DNA from: a virus
Reading direction: 5' to 3' (one strand)
DNA length: 64,000 bases
IMG/VR virus record: IMGVR_UViG_3300027822_000294
Part shown: piece after piece, positions 1-8,762 of the stretch
Layout of the letters: every line of letters starts with the position of its first letter
Numbering within the stretch: the stretch's first letter is position 1
Made by a program: the position numbers and the translations under genes
The notes under the pieces: generated by a model
Database searches by the model: none
Seen by the model: the letters and a program-made list of their open reading frames with translations, nothing else
What the model was told of the DNA's origin: nothing

Positions 1-968
1 TCTCAGGTAAATTTGTCAAAGATACAACTGTTGATAGTTGGTTGTCTTTTGCATTAAAACAAACGACTGCAAAACACGCTCTTTCTATTGTTAAATCTCA
101 ACGTAAAAAGAAGAAAAAAACTAAACCTACATTTAATAAATTAATAATGGAACTTGATTCAAGAGTTGTTAAAATTACACAAGATATAAATTCTTTTGAT
201 ATTTGGATTAAACTTTCAAATATTAGTAACATACTTGACAATAAATTTGGTAAAAGATTTAGTCTTAATTTACCTTCTAAGAAACATTTTCATTTCAATA
301 AATTTCTTGAAGATGGTTGGTTAATTAAAAAGTCAATTAGATTAAGAATAACTGAAAAGAGTTACTTTGTAGATATAATTTTTGAAAAGAAAGCTCCTAT
401 AATAAAAATTAAAGGTAAACAAAAAGCTATAGATATAGGATATAAAAAATTGATTGTAAGTTCTAGTGGTGAATTTATAGGTGATAATAAAATTTATGAA
501 AAAATATCAAGAAAGAAACAAGGAAGTAAAGCATTTAAAAGAGCATTGATAGAAAGAAATGAGTTAGTTAATATTTCTTGTAAGGCTTTAGATTTAACAA
601 ATGTTAAAGAACTTTTTGCAGAAGATTTAAAAAATGTTAAACATAAATCCAAAGGTAAAATACATAAAAAGTTTAATCATCAACTTCAACGGTGGGTGTA
701 TCCAAAAGTTTTGCAGAAGCTCGCTATGTTGTGTGAAGAGGAAGGAATTTTATTTAAGAAAATTCCACCTCAATATACAAGTCAAAGATGTAGTTGTTGC
801 GGAGAGATACATAAAAAAAGCAGAAAGAATGAGCTTTTTAAGTGTATCTCTTGTAATTTTGAGAGTGATGCGGATTATAATGCTTCACTCAATATTTTAC
901 ACATGGGACGATATGGTGTCCATGCTTTACAGCCTATTCTATGAACTAGCATAGGATAAAGCAACCAT
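1..968 (+). mobile_element. tnpB-only IS200/IS605-superfamily element, right end near 968
   Basis: Similarity among the three copies continues past the stop through a hairpin (CTATG-aactag-CATAG) to GCAACCAT, then stops. Confidence 0.7.
3..944 (+). CDS. tnpB: TnpB-family RNA-guided nuclease, 5'-truncated by the window edge (copy 1)
   Basis: Frame is open from position 3 (SGKFVKDTTVDSW...). RuvC D (AIDIGYK), E (AEDLKNV) and D (DADYNAS) plus CSCC...CISC zinc ribbon. Closely similar to 17533..18609. Confidence 0.9.
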   Translation, partial: SGKFVKDTTVDSWLSFALKQTTAKHALSIVKSQRKKKKKTKPTFNKLIMELDSRVVKITQDINSFDIWIKLSNISNILDNKFGKRFSLNLPSKKHFHFNKFLEDGWLIKKSIRLRITEKSYFVDIIFEKKAPIIKIKGKQKAIDIGYKKLIVSSSGEFIGDNKIYEKISRKKQGSKAFKRALIERNELVNISCKALDLTNVKELFAEDLKNVKHKSKGKIHKKFNHQLQRWVYPKVLQKLAMLCEEEGILFKKIPPQYTSQRCSCCGEIHKKSRKNELFKCISCNFESDADYNASLNILHMGRYGVHALQPIL

Positions 969-1751
969 TGGCATTGTTACAAAAATTAAATATTCATGTG
1001 AGCCTATAAATTCAACTAATTTTCCATTTTTATCATATCTATTAAAATCAAGAGATATAACACCAAATCCCTTTTTCTGTGTTTCAAACTTAAATATAAA
1101 AAATTTACAACCTACAATATCCGTTGGAGTATTATTATCCATACCTGAAAACAGTATATGTTGATTTATAAACCCACTAGTTATGCTATCTTCCCCTATC
1201 TCCCATTTATAATATTGATAATCTGGTACTAATGGCAAAGATTTTGTTATTGTAAATTCACTTTCTGCAAATTTATGATGTATAAAATCAGCCTTAAATA
1301 CTTGAATATAATGTACTTTTGACATAGCACAAGATGTATAAAATAATTTATTAAAATCCCCACAAGCTACAATATAATCGCCTATATATATTTTATCTTC
1401 TGTCTTTTCTCCATTATCATCTATTATTTGAATATATCTTCTATTCATTCCGTCTATATCAATAAAACCTTGTTCACCTAGTAATACAAAAAATGGCTCT
1501 AAACTTGATTGTACATATAATCCAATTCCCGGAGTTTTATGTACACCTAATTCTATAACTTCTCCAGCTATAACCCCCGAAGTATTTACATATTTATCTG
1601 GATTACCAACAACATCTTTTATATCAACTTCTCTTGTATAAGGATTATTTTCTTTTTCTTTTAAAAATTCGATATGTCTCTCCGCAAATCTTTTTTGTGA
1701 TAATCCTAAAAAACTTACACTTTGCTCTAAAAATTCTTTTATACTTTTCAT
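939..1751 (-). CDS. Hypothetical late protein, possible OB-fold segment and T4 internal-protein-like N-terminus
   Basis: 270 aa ORF with SD (GAGGTG). TATAAATA at 1776-1783. Starts MKSIKEFLEQ. Confidence 0.6.
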   Translation of the reverse strand: MKSIKEFLEQSVSFLGLSQKRFAERHIEFLKEKENNPYTREVDIKDVVGNPDKYVNTSGVIAGEVIELGVHKTPGIGLYVQSSLEPFFVLLGEQGFIDIDGMNRRYIQIIDDNGEKTEDKIYIGDYIVACGDFNKLFYTSCAMSKVHYIQVFKADFIHHKFAESEFTITKSLPLVPDYQYYKWEIGEDSITSGFINQHILFSGMDNNTPTDIVGCKFFIFKFETQKKGFGVISLDFNRYDKNGKLVEFIGSHEYLIFVTMPMVALSYASS

Positions 1752-1755
1752 TATT

Positions 1756-2202
1756 TCACCTCTCTATATTATTTTTATTTATATTATCGATTATCAATTT
1801 TCCCTGAGTGTGGTCAAATTCATGTTGAAACACCCTTGCTTTTGTATTAGATAATTTTTTTATATGTTCTTTTCCATTTTCATCTATATATTTAATTTTA
1901 ATTACAGTAAATCTTTTTTTATTATGGCAAGTGAAATAGGGAATACTTACACAACACTCATCTGCTACATTTTGTTCTTTACTATATTCTATAATCTCAG
2001 GATTGATAAAAGTTTTGTTTTTAATTACAAACATTGAATATAAATAGCCTATCTGGTTGGCTGTTAAGCCTAGCCAGTCATTATCTTTGCAAAAATTTTT
2101 CATTGTGTTTAAAACTCGGAAATGACTATTTGTGATAGTGTCTATCTTTTTTGTTTTTTGCATAAGTATCGGGTCGGGATACAATTTAATTGTTAAAAAC
2201 AT
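1756..2202 (-). CDS. def: Peptide deformylase
   Basis: Motifs GLTANQIG, ECCVSIP (EGCLS-like) and QHEFDH. Confidence 0.92.
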   Translation of the reverse strand: MFLTIKLYPDPILMQKTKKIDTITNSHFRVLNTMKNFCKDNDWLGLTANQIGYLYSMFVIKNKTFINPEIIEYSKEQNVADECCVSIPYFTCHNKKRFTVIKIKYIDENGKEHIKKLSNTKARVFQHEFDHTQGKLIIDNINKNNIER

Positions 2203-2227
2203 TATAAAACACCTTTTTATTATTATT

Positions 2228-2276
2228 CTATTTAAAACTACCCTATTTTAAAACTACCCTATTTTAAAATTATCCC
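2228..2276. repeat. About 16-bp tandem repeat x3 (CTATTTTAAAACTACC)
   Basis: ctatttaaaactacc / ctattttaaaactacc / ctattttaaaattatcc read directly. Confidence 0.85.
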
Positions 2277-2292
2277 ACAATAAAATCTAACG

Positions 2293-3495
2293 GTTGGTAC
2301 TCCACAAGACTATAATCTTGTGGCATTTGCTTGGTTATCCAAGCATTCTTTTTCTTGCTTCATTGACGTTCCTAACAGAACATCTCCACAAGCGTTAATT
2401 CCGCTATACCCTAGCGTATTTATACCTTGTTCTTTTATGTTAATACTAGAATTTAGGTCTCTATCCATTTTTAAACCACAATCAGGACAATTAAAAGTTC
2501 TCTTGCTTAAAGGCATATCTTGAATACAACCACATCTTGAACAAGTTTTTGAACTTGGAAAGAATCTATCAATTTTAATATAGTGTTTAAAACCCCACAA
2601 ACACTTATATTTAAGTTGTCTGTTAAACTCAAACCATGAAACATCACTTATAGCTTTAGCAAGACAGTGATTTTTTAACATCCCTACAACATTCAAATCT
2701 TCTACCACAATTCCGTCATAGTTCTTGGCTATCGAGCTAGATGTTTTGTGTAGAAAATCCATACGACTGTCTCTTATTTTGTTATGTACTTTTCTTACTT
2801 TTAATCTCTGCTTAAAGTTGTTTTTCCCTCCCTTTTTCTTTTTACTTAAACTTCTTTGTTCTTTTGTTAATTTATCTTTATATTTATTAGTAATTTTAGG
2901 ATTGTTTATTACTGTTTCATCTGATAATGTGGCAAACTCTTTTATTCCAACATCACAACCAACTATATTTTTATTTTTCTTCTTCTTTTCTTTAATTTCA
3001 TACTCGCATAAAACAGAACAATACCATTTATTACCATCTTGAGATACAGTAATAGATTTAGGTTTTCCTCTCAAAGACCTGCTTTTCTTCCATTTAACTT
3101 CTCCAACTTTAGGGATATAAATAAAACCTTTTCCTAATCTCCATGCTTGAGGACTGGTAAAACTATCATTTAATTTAAGTTTCTTTTTAAACTTTGGAAA
3201 ACCTTTCTTTTTTCTGAATGAGTCTTTTAATGCTTTATCAAATTGTCTAACAACTACAACTAAAGATTGTGAATGAGATATTTTAAGGAAAGGATATTCT
3301 TCTTTAAGTTCAGGTAAAGACATTGCTAATTCATACCAAAACTTAAACTTACCTGTTTCTTTATAATAATCCTGATTTAACTTTAATACATAATTCCATA
3401 AAAATCTAGTATTCCCTCCACATTGAAGTAAAACTTTTTCTTGTTCTTTAGTAGGTAAAATTTTATATTTAAAACCTTTTTGAATTAACATTTAT
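2293..3495 (-). mobile_element. tnpB-only IS605-like element with right-end hairpin
   Basis: 8-bp stem CCACAAGA/TCTTGTGG at 2302-2323 followed by GTACCAAC on the - strand. tnpB starts 4 nt after the gp13 stop. Confidence 0.7.
2310..3491 (-). CDS. tnpB: IS605 OrfB-type TnpB nuclease (second family)
   Basis: N-terminal HTH (KGFKYKILPT..Q), GCDVGIK, VEDLNV, KTCSRCG..CPDCG..DRDLNSSINI. Confidence 0.93.
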   Translation of the reverse strand: MLIQKGFKYKILPTKEQEKVLLQCGGNTRFLWNYVLKLNQDYYKETGKFKFWYELAMSLPELKEEYPFLKISHSQSLVVVVRQFDKALKDSFRKKKGFPKFKKKLKLNDSFTSPQAWRLGKGFIYIPKVGEVKWKKSRSLRGKPKSITVSQDGNKWYCSVLCEYEIKEKKKKNKNIVGCDVGIKEFATLSDETVINNPKITNKYKDKLTKEQRSLSKKKKGGKNNFKQRLKVRKVHNKIRDSRMDFLHKTSSSIAKNYDGIVVEDLNVVGMLKNHCLAKAISDVSWFEFNRQLKYKCLWGFKHYIKIDRFFPSSKTCSRCGCIQDMPLSKRTFNCPDCGLKMDRDLNSSINIKEQGINTLGYSGINACGDVLLGTSMKQEKECLDNQANATRL

Positions 3496-4254
3496 TTACC
3501 CTACGAGAAAATCCAATGGAAATTGATATTTTGTATTTAGCTCCTCGTCAAGTTTTTCAATTTCTTCCTGCGATTCGCTTATCAATCGCTCTGTATTCAA
3601 TTCAGCATCACCCGGCAATGGCAAATTAAATTTTGATAAATTTTCACCCCATTGTTTCTTTATTAAAGCTGTAGCGTATCTCTTTAATGTTATATCATCC
3701 CATAGTTGAGGCGTATTCTCTACATCTAACAATTTAAAACATTCTATAAATATCATTTTATCCTTTACATTTAAAATTTCACTCCAATTTATATCAATAA
3801 ATAATTTATCCGTATATTTTTCCCACCTTATAGGTATATGTTCTGTTGTTGAAAAAACCTCATCAAGTAATCTTAAATGTTGCTTCTTCATTACATAATA
3901 ACTAATATTTGAAAGTGAACCCATACCGCTAAAAGCCACATTAAAATTTAAGTGGTAGTTTATATTGAATATTGAGTCTATGTGTTGTGTTGAGTCTATA
4001 TAGACCTTTAATATAGCTTGTATTTCTCCATGTGTATTGTCCAACAAGATATATTTATTTTTTATATCCTTTTCTGTAAGTTTATAACAAAGATACGTTC
4101 TCGTTGAAAAATCAAAATGTCTCTCTTGAATTATCTGTAACGCTTCATCTACTCTATCTTGAATTTGCTCTGTAGCAACATTTATTTCTATAACAGGGTC
4201 GCCAAGTTTTTTAAGACAGTAGGATATAAGCTCTTTTCTTGATTTAATTCTCAT
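3496..4254 (-). CDS. gp13: Neck protein gp13-like
   Basis: N-terminus RKELISYCLKKLGDPVIEINV..EQIQDRVDEALQ and C-terminal KKQWGENLSKF..LPG, typical of T4-like gp13. Late promoter at 4277-4284. Confidence 0.85.
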   Translation of the reverse strand: MRIKSRKELISYCLKKLGDPVIEINVATEQIQDRVDEALQIIQERHFDFSTRTYLCYKLTEKDIKNKYILLDNTHGEIQAILKVYIDSTQHIDSIFNINYHLNFNVAFSGMGSLSNISYYVMKKQHLRLLDEVFSTTEHIPIRWEKYTDKLFIDINWSEILNVKDKMIFIECFKLLDVENTPQLWDDITLKRYATALIKKQWGENLSKFNLPLPGDAELNTERLISESQEEIEKLDEELNTKYQFPLDFLVG

Positions 4255-4259
4255 CTGTT

Positions 4260-4817
4260 TTACCTATTTTTATCTTTATTTATAAAATAATGGCATAATG
4301 CGTAACTATCCACCAAATCAGATATAGGATTTTTGTCAACATTTAATGTATCAAAAATCTTGCTTAAATCTATGCCAGTCTTTTCTGTGAAAGCGACATA
4401 CATTGCAAACTTTGTAGCATTTCCCTTTCCTGTAAACGCTTTCTTACAAGAACTCGGTGGAACAATATCCATATCTATATTTTCTTTGTATATTTTCTGT
4501 TTAAGAGCCTGTGTATTTTCTGCTATATTAAAGCTCATAGACTGATTTATAGAACCATAAGAATAGCCCTCTAATACGCAATAGCAAGGTTTATATCTAT
4601 TTATAATGTCTATAGCCCACGTTGAAATTATATCGTATTTTCTTGTTGAATGTTTTGTGTCAACCTTCATTTCTTTAAATATAGAATACCCAAAAATTTT
4701 ATCCTTCCATATCCAATCTGTGTATTTCTTTTGATGAGATAAAAAATAAAACTTTTCACCCATATTGATACATATAGCTGGTGATGTTATAGAGTAATCG
4801 ACTCCGATAATATTCAT
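4260..4817 (-). CDS. RuvC-like Holliday junction resolvase
   Basis: IIGVDYSITSP, LEGYSYGS, KKAFTGKGNATK, DLVDSY acidic tetrad. Confidence 0.8.
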   Translation of the reverse strand: MNIIGVDYSITSPAICINMGEKFYFLSHQKKYTDWIWKDKIFGYSIFKEMKVDTKHSTRKYDIISTWAIDIINRYKPCYCVLEGYSYGSINQSMSFNIAENTQALKQKIYKENIDMDIVPPSSCKKAFTGKGNATKFAMYVAFTEKTGIDLSKIFDTLNVDKNPISDLVDSYALCHYFINKDKNR

Positions 4818-4826
4818 TTAATCTAT

Positions 4827-5918
4827 TTATAATTTTTTTCTATTTTGAAGTTCTAACCTCCCTTTCAATCCAGAATAAATATTGCCATCTATTAAATGTT
4901 GTATATCTTCAGAAGTATAACCTTGTTTAGCAACCAACTCGTTAATATCTTTAAATTCTTTTTCTAAATGTGGTGGTGCTATAAATACCGACATTCCTTT
5001 GGATAAAACTTTTAACAAAATTTTACTTACTTCCTTATTATACTTAAAATCATTGTCAAATACTATAACACAATTTTTTCTTTTCTCTTCTGACAAATCT
5101 AATAAAAACAGATATTTTGAAATACCTGTCAATGCTATAGAATTTTTAGTATATAAGCTATCAAATACCCCTTCATATACATAAAACCTTTTTGAAAAAT
5201 TACAATTAGAATAATTAAAAATAAGGTTATTATCCTCATTTTTTAAAGAATTAGAATTATACTTAAAAATAAAATAGCGTAATCCTCCGCCAATTTTTGT
5301 TTCATTAAGTTGTTCAATTTTTCTTAATTGAAACCCTATTATTTTATCTTTATCAAAAACACTATAAAAATACCACCCTACCCAATAATATGTAGCAATC
5401 TCCGATGTGGGAATGTTTAAATGTTCTTTTGAAAATGTATAAAAACTCTCTGGAGATACATAAAAAAATTTTGTTAAAGTTTCTTTTGGAATCTTCCTAT
5501 TGACTAAAAGATATTGATTTGCAATGTGTGAAAATGGAAGCGTTTTAATTTGTAACGTATTCAATATTTCTGGAGCAGTAGAGATTTTTTTCACTTTATT
5601 ATCACTTTTTGTTAAAACATTTCCAATATCATCTTTTTTTGTTAAACAAAAATTATCTGTCAACACCTGTTTTCTATACTCCAGCCATAAATTGTAATTT
5701 ATGTCTTTTAGAAATGAATAAAATGTAGTGTTTTTATTACAATTAAAACAATGGTAAAAAAACTTTCCACCATTTTTATAAAGATTCCCTCTTTTTTTCT
5801 TTTTTGACTTTTTAGAATCTCCACAAAAAGGACACCTGAATATAAACAAATCCTTACTTTTCTGTTCAAACCCTAAAAGATAAGGTTGGAGTTGTTTTAT
5901 AAACTCATTTTCGACCAT
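4827..5918 (-). CDS. gp61: DNA primase gp61
   Basis: FRCPFCGDS...CFNC zinc finger and TOPRIM motifs YEGVFDS and VFDND. Confidence 0.9.
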   Translation of the reverse strand: MVENEFIKQLQPYLLGFEQKSKDLFIFRCPFCGDSKKSKKKKRGNLYKNGGKFFYHCFNCNKNTTFYSFLKDINYNLWLEYRKQVLTDNFCLTKKDDIGNVLTKSDNKVKKISTAPEILNTLQIKTLPFSHIANQYLLVNRKIPKETLTKFFYVSPESFYTFSKEHLNIPTSEIATYYWVGWYFYSVFDKDKIIGFQLRKIEQLNETKIGGGLRYFIFKYNSNSLKNEDNNLIFNYSNCNFSKRFYVYEGVFDSLYTKNSIALTGISKYLFLLDLSEEKRKNCVIVFDNDFKYNKEVSKILLKVLSKGMSVFIAPPHLEKEFKDINELVAKQGYTSEDIQHLIDGNIYSGLKGRLELQNRKKL

Positions 5919-5941
5919 AATAAACTCTTTATCCCGTTCTG

Positions 5942-6346
5942 TTAATGTCTATACATTTCTGAAAATTCCACCATAAATTTAAACAGTCTTTCAAATTCTT
6001 TAGCAATATTCCCACCACTTAATACTATACTTATATAAACATTTCCCAATTCCATATCTTCTAAAGAAGATATTCTAATATAATCATTTTTAGTATAATT
6101 ATTATTGTCATAAATAAATAATTCTAATTTATTTTTAGCTTCTTTAACTTCCCAAAAATTTAACTTATCCAATAATGAATATAGACTCTCCATATCAGCT
6201 TTTACAGTATCAGAGTTGACCTCAAACCAAACTTTAGAAATTTCTTCTATATAAGCATCTAATAATCTAATATCCTTAATAATTTTATCTACACTATTCA
6301 TTAAATTATTGGTAGTTCTAATTAAATCTGTTTTCATTCTTGCCAT
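5942..6346 (-). CDS. Hypothetical protein, paralog of 7165..7524
   Basis: Shares DYIRISSLEDMELGNVY with DFIRLSSLDIIELATIY. Confidence 0.65.
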   Translation of the reverse strand: MARMKTDLIRTTNNLMNSVDKIIKDIRLLDAYIEEISKVWFEVNSDTVKADMESLYSLLDKLNFWEVKEAKNKLELFIYDNNNYTKNDYIRISSLEDMELGNVYISIVLSGGNIAKEFERLFKFMVEFSEMYRH

Positions 6347-6373
6347 TTTTTATATCTTCCTTATTATTTCTTT

Positions 6374-6541
6374 TTAATTAAACTTGCGAGAGTAGTATCG
6401 CAAAAAATCATCATCATCTATAAAAAACTTATTTTCTTCAATATCATCTAAAATCGCATCATCACTATAATTGATATTTACTAAAGTTTTCTTTAATGTA
6501 TCTAAATTTTGATATTCAAGTTTATTATAAAAATATGCCAT
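6374..6541 (-). CDS. Small hypothetical protein (likely start MAYFYNK at 6541)
   Basis: A G8 tract serves as SD 9 nt before the ATG. TATAAATA at 6600-6607. Confidence 0.45.
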   Translation of the reverse strand: MAYFYNKLEYQNLDTLKKTLVNINYSDDAILDDIEENKFFIDDDDFLRYYSRKFN

Positions 6542-6598
6542 GATAGTACACCCCCCCCATATTGAATAATTAAAAAGGTAGAAAACCATTATTTTCTT

Positions 6599-7084
6599 TT
6601 ATTTATAAACATGTCGTTTATTGAATATATTAGCATCTTTTACTACAATACTTCTGCCCAATCTTCGGATAATATTTTTATCATCATCAATTAAGTAATC
6701 AATATTTTCTTTACCAATTTTATTTGTTATAATATCATTTTTAAAAACCATTGCTTTCCTATAGTCTTTTTCGTTCCTCATAAATTTCTTATGTGGAACA
6801 GGTAAATTATTTCTTTTGAACCATAAATCGACCATTTTACCGTAGCTTTCGCCTTTACCAGTAACAATATACACTTGTTTTCCAGCGTCCATTTCTTTTT
6901 TGTAAAGGTTTACAGCTGGTAAAGGTTTCGAGTCTAATGTTTTATCGTGGTACGCATTAAATTCTTTTTCGCCATTTTTTGTTACACCAGCGAGATATTT
7001 AAACCTATCCTTATGGGAAATTAACGTGTTGTCGAGGTCGAACAATACTACTTTTGTTTCTTGTTTCTTCAAATTTTTTTTCAT
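6599..7084 (-). CDS. HAD-family phosphatase (PseT 3'-phosphatase-like)
   Basis: FDLDNTL motif I, VTG motif II, FK motif III, IDDD motif IV. Confidence 0.8.
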   Translation of the reverse strand: MKKNLKKQETKVVLFDLDNTLISHKDRFKYLAGVTKNGEKEFNAYHDKTLDSKPLPAVNLYKKEMDAGKQVYIVTGKGESYGKMVDLWFKRNNLPVPHKKFMRNEKDYRKAMVFKNDIITNKIGKENIDYLIDDDKNIIRRLGRSIVVKDANIFNKRHVYK

Positions 7085-7110
7085 AATAAACTTTCTCCTT
7101 TTCTTATCTT

Positions 7111-7146
7111 ATATTATATACTATCACACTTTTTTATGAATGTCAA
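7111..7146 (-). promoter_or_regulatory. Early (sigma70-type) promoter
   Basis: TTGACA-N17-TAGTAT(ATAATAT). Same motif at 7706-7733 and 28411-28439. Confidence 0.75.
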
Positions 7147-7164
7147 GTATTTTTTTCATTTATT

Positions 7165-7524
7165 TTAATTTATTTTTTCTATAAATTGAAGAATTTTATC
7201 CAATTCCATTGCCATTTCTCTACTTATAGCTTTTTCTATAATTATTATATCCGTATATATAGTCGCAAGTTCTATAATATCTAAAGAACTTAACCTAATA
7301 AAATCATCCCCATCATATATATATAAATCAAACCCTTCTTCCTTTTTATTTTCTCTTGGTTCAAAATATTTTATTTTTTCAAAAAGTTTATATAGTTCCT
7401 TAATATTTTCTTCTGTCCAATGGGAAGTATTATTTAACAATTCTCCTTCTATCCACCTAATATCTTCTATAATTTCTTCCAAAAGGTTTTTAATGCTATC
7501 TGTATAATTTGTAAAACTACCCAT
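7165..7524 (-). CDS. Hypothetical protein, paralog of 5942..6346
   Basis: SD AAGGAG, TATAAATA at 7554-7561, shared C-terminal motif. Confidence 0.65.
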   Translation of the reverse strand: MGSFTNYTDSIKNLLEEIIEDIRWIEGELLNNTSHWTEENIKELYKLFEKIKYFEPRENKKEEGFDLYIYDGDDFIRLSSLDIIELATIYTDIIIIEKAISREMAMELDKILQFIEKIN

Positions 7525-7563
7525 AATATTTTTCTCCTTATTATTCTTTTACTTATTTATATA

Positions 7564-7674
7564 TTATTTGGATAATAAACTAACTAAAAGATGTCCCATG
7601 AAATATACAATAAATAATATTATAACTATATTAAAAAACTTATCACAACCTTTTTCTACCTTAGATTTTTTCAT
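7564..7674 (-). CDS. Small single-TM protein (36 aa), absent from the ORF track
   Basis: MKKSKVEKGCDKFFNIVIILFIVYFMGHLLVSLLSK, with SD AAGGAG, directly after an early promoter. Confidence 0.65.
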   Translation of the reverse strand: MKKSKVEKGCDKFFNIVIILFIVYFMGHLLVSLLSK

Positions 7675-7699
7675 ATTTAACTCTCCTTTTTTCATCTTA

Positions 7700-7733
7700 T
7701 ATTATATACTATCATACTTTTTTTTGTTGTCAA
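7700..7733 (-). promoter_or_regulatory. Early (sigma70-type) promoter
   Basis: TTGACA-N16-TAGTATATAATATAAGAT, a near duplicate of the 7111-7146 promoter. Confidence 0.7.
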
Positions 7734-7747
7734 GTCTTTTTTAAAAT

Positions 7748-8761
7748 TTATTTTATTAAATGTTCAGCAATTTGTATAGCGTTCAAAGCTCCGCCCTTTA
7801 TAAGTTGGTCTCCGACCACCCAAAATGATAACCCTTTCTTTGTGGATAAATCTTTCCGTATCCTCCCCACATAGCAATTTTCTTTTCCAGCTACAAACAA
7901 TGGAGTAGGATATTCTGAATATTTTACTGTGTCATCTAGCAAAGTAATTCCCGGAGAATTTTTAAATATTTCCCTTGCCAGTTTTGGTGAAATTTTCTTC
8001 TTAGTTTCTATGGTTATTGACTCTGAATGTGCTGTTAGCACAGGTACTCTAACACAAGTCGCATTAACCGTAATATTTTCATCACCTAAAATTTTCCTTG
8101 TTTCATTAAACATTTTCATTTCTTCTTTTGTATATCCATTGTTCTTAAAATCATCAATTTGTGGAATTACATTAAATAATAATTGATGTTGAAAATATTT
8201 CCTACCAAAAGATACCCCCTCCGCATATTTTTTCGTTTGTGTTATAAGTTCAGCTAAACCCTTTTCGCCTGCTCCAGATGAAGCCTGATAGGTTGACACA
8301 ATAACTCTTTTTATTCTACTATAATCATACAAAGGTTTTAAGGCTACCAACATTATTATAGTGGTACAATTAGGATTTGCAATAATCCCCTTTGTATGTG
8401 TAAATATTTTTTCAGGATTAACTTCGGATATAATTAAAGGTACATCTTCATCCAACCTAAAAGCACTGGAATTGTCAATCACTATAGCACCAGAATTAAC
8501 TGCCTTATGAGCGTAATATTTACTGATAGTCGCTCCTGCGGAAAAAAATGCTAAATCTATATTTTTAAAACTATCCTTTTCTATAGATTTTACTTCATAT
8601 TCTTTACCACAATAAACAAGTTTTCTACCGATAGATTTTGGCGAAGCAAAAAGTGTTAATCCATCAACAGGGAAATTACGTTTTTCTAATAATGTTAAAA
8701 ATGTTTTGCCTACCGCTCCTGTTGCTCCAACAATAGCAAGATTTATTTTTGGTCTTCTCAT
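7748..8761 (-). CDS. asd: Aspartate-semialdehyde dehydrogenase
   Basis: GATGAVG, DNSSAFR, ANPNCTT (catalytic Cys), QASSGAG, CVRVPV..HSE, KGGALNAIQI. Confidence 0.95.
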   Translation of the reverse strand: MRRPKINLAIVGATGAVGKTFLTLLEKRNFPVDGLTLFASPKSIGRKLVYCGKEYEVKSIEKDSFKNIDLAFFSAGATISKYYAHKAVNSGAIVIDNSSAFRLDEDVPLIISEVNPEKIFTHTKGIIANPNCTTIIMLVALKPLYDYSRIKRVIVSTYQASSGAGEKGLAELITQTKKYAEGVSFGRKYFQHQLLFNVIPQIDDFKNNGYTKEEMKMFNETRKILGDENITVNATCVRVPVLTAHSESITIETKKKISPKLAREIFKNSPGITLLDDTVKYSEYPTPLFVAGKENCYVGRIRKDLSTKKGLSFWVVGDQLIKGGALNAIQIAEHLIK

Positions 8762-8762
8762 T

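Noticed and set aside
634-954. Alternative-frame ORFs at 634..954 and 17523..17747
   Set aside because: They are shadows overlapping conserved tnpB copies, and their similarity follows from the tnpB duplication.
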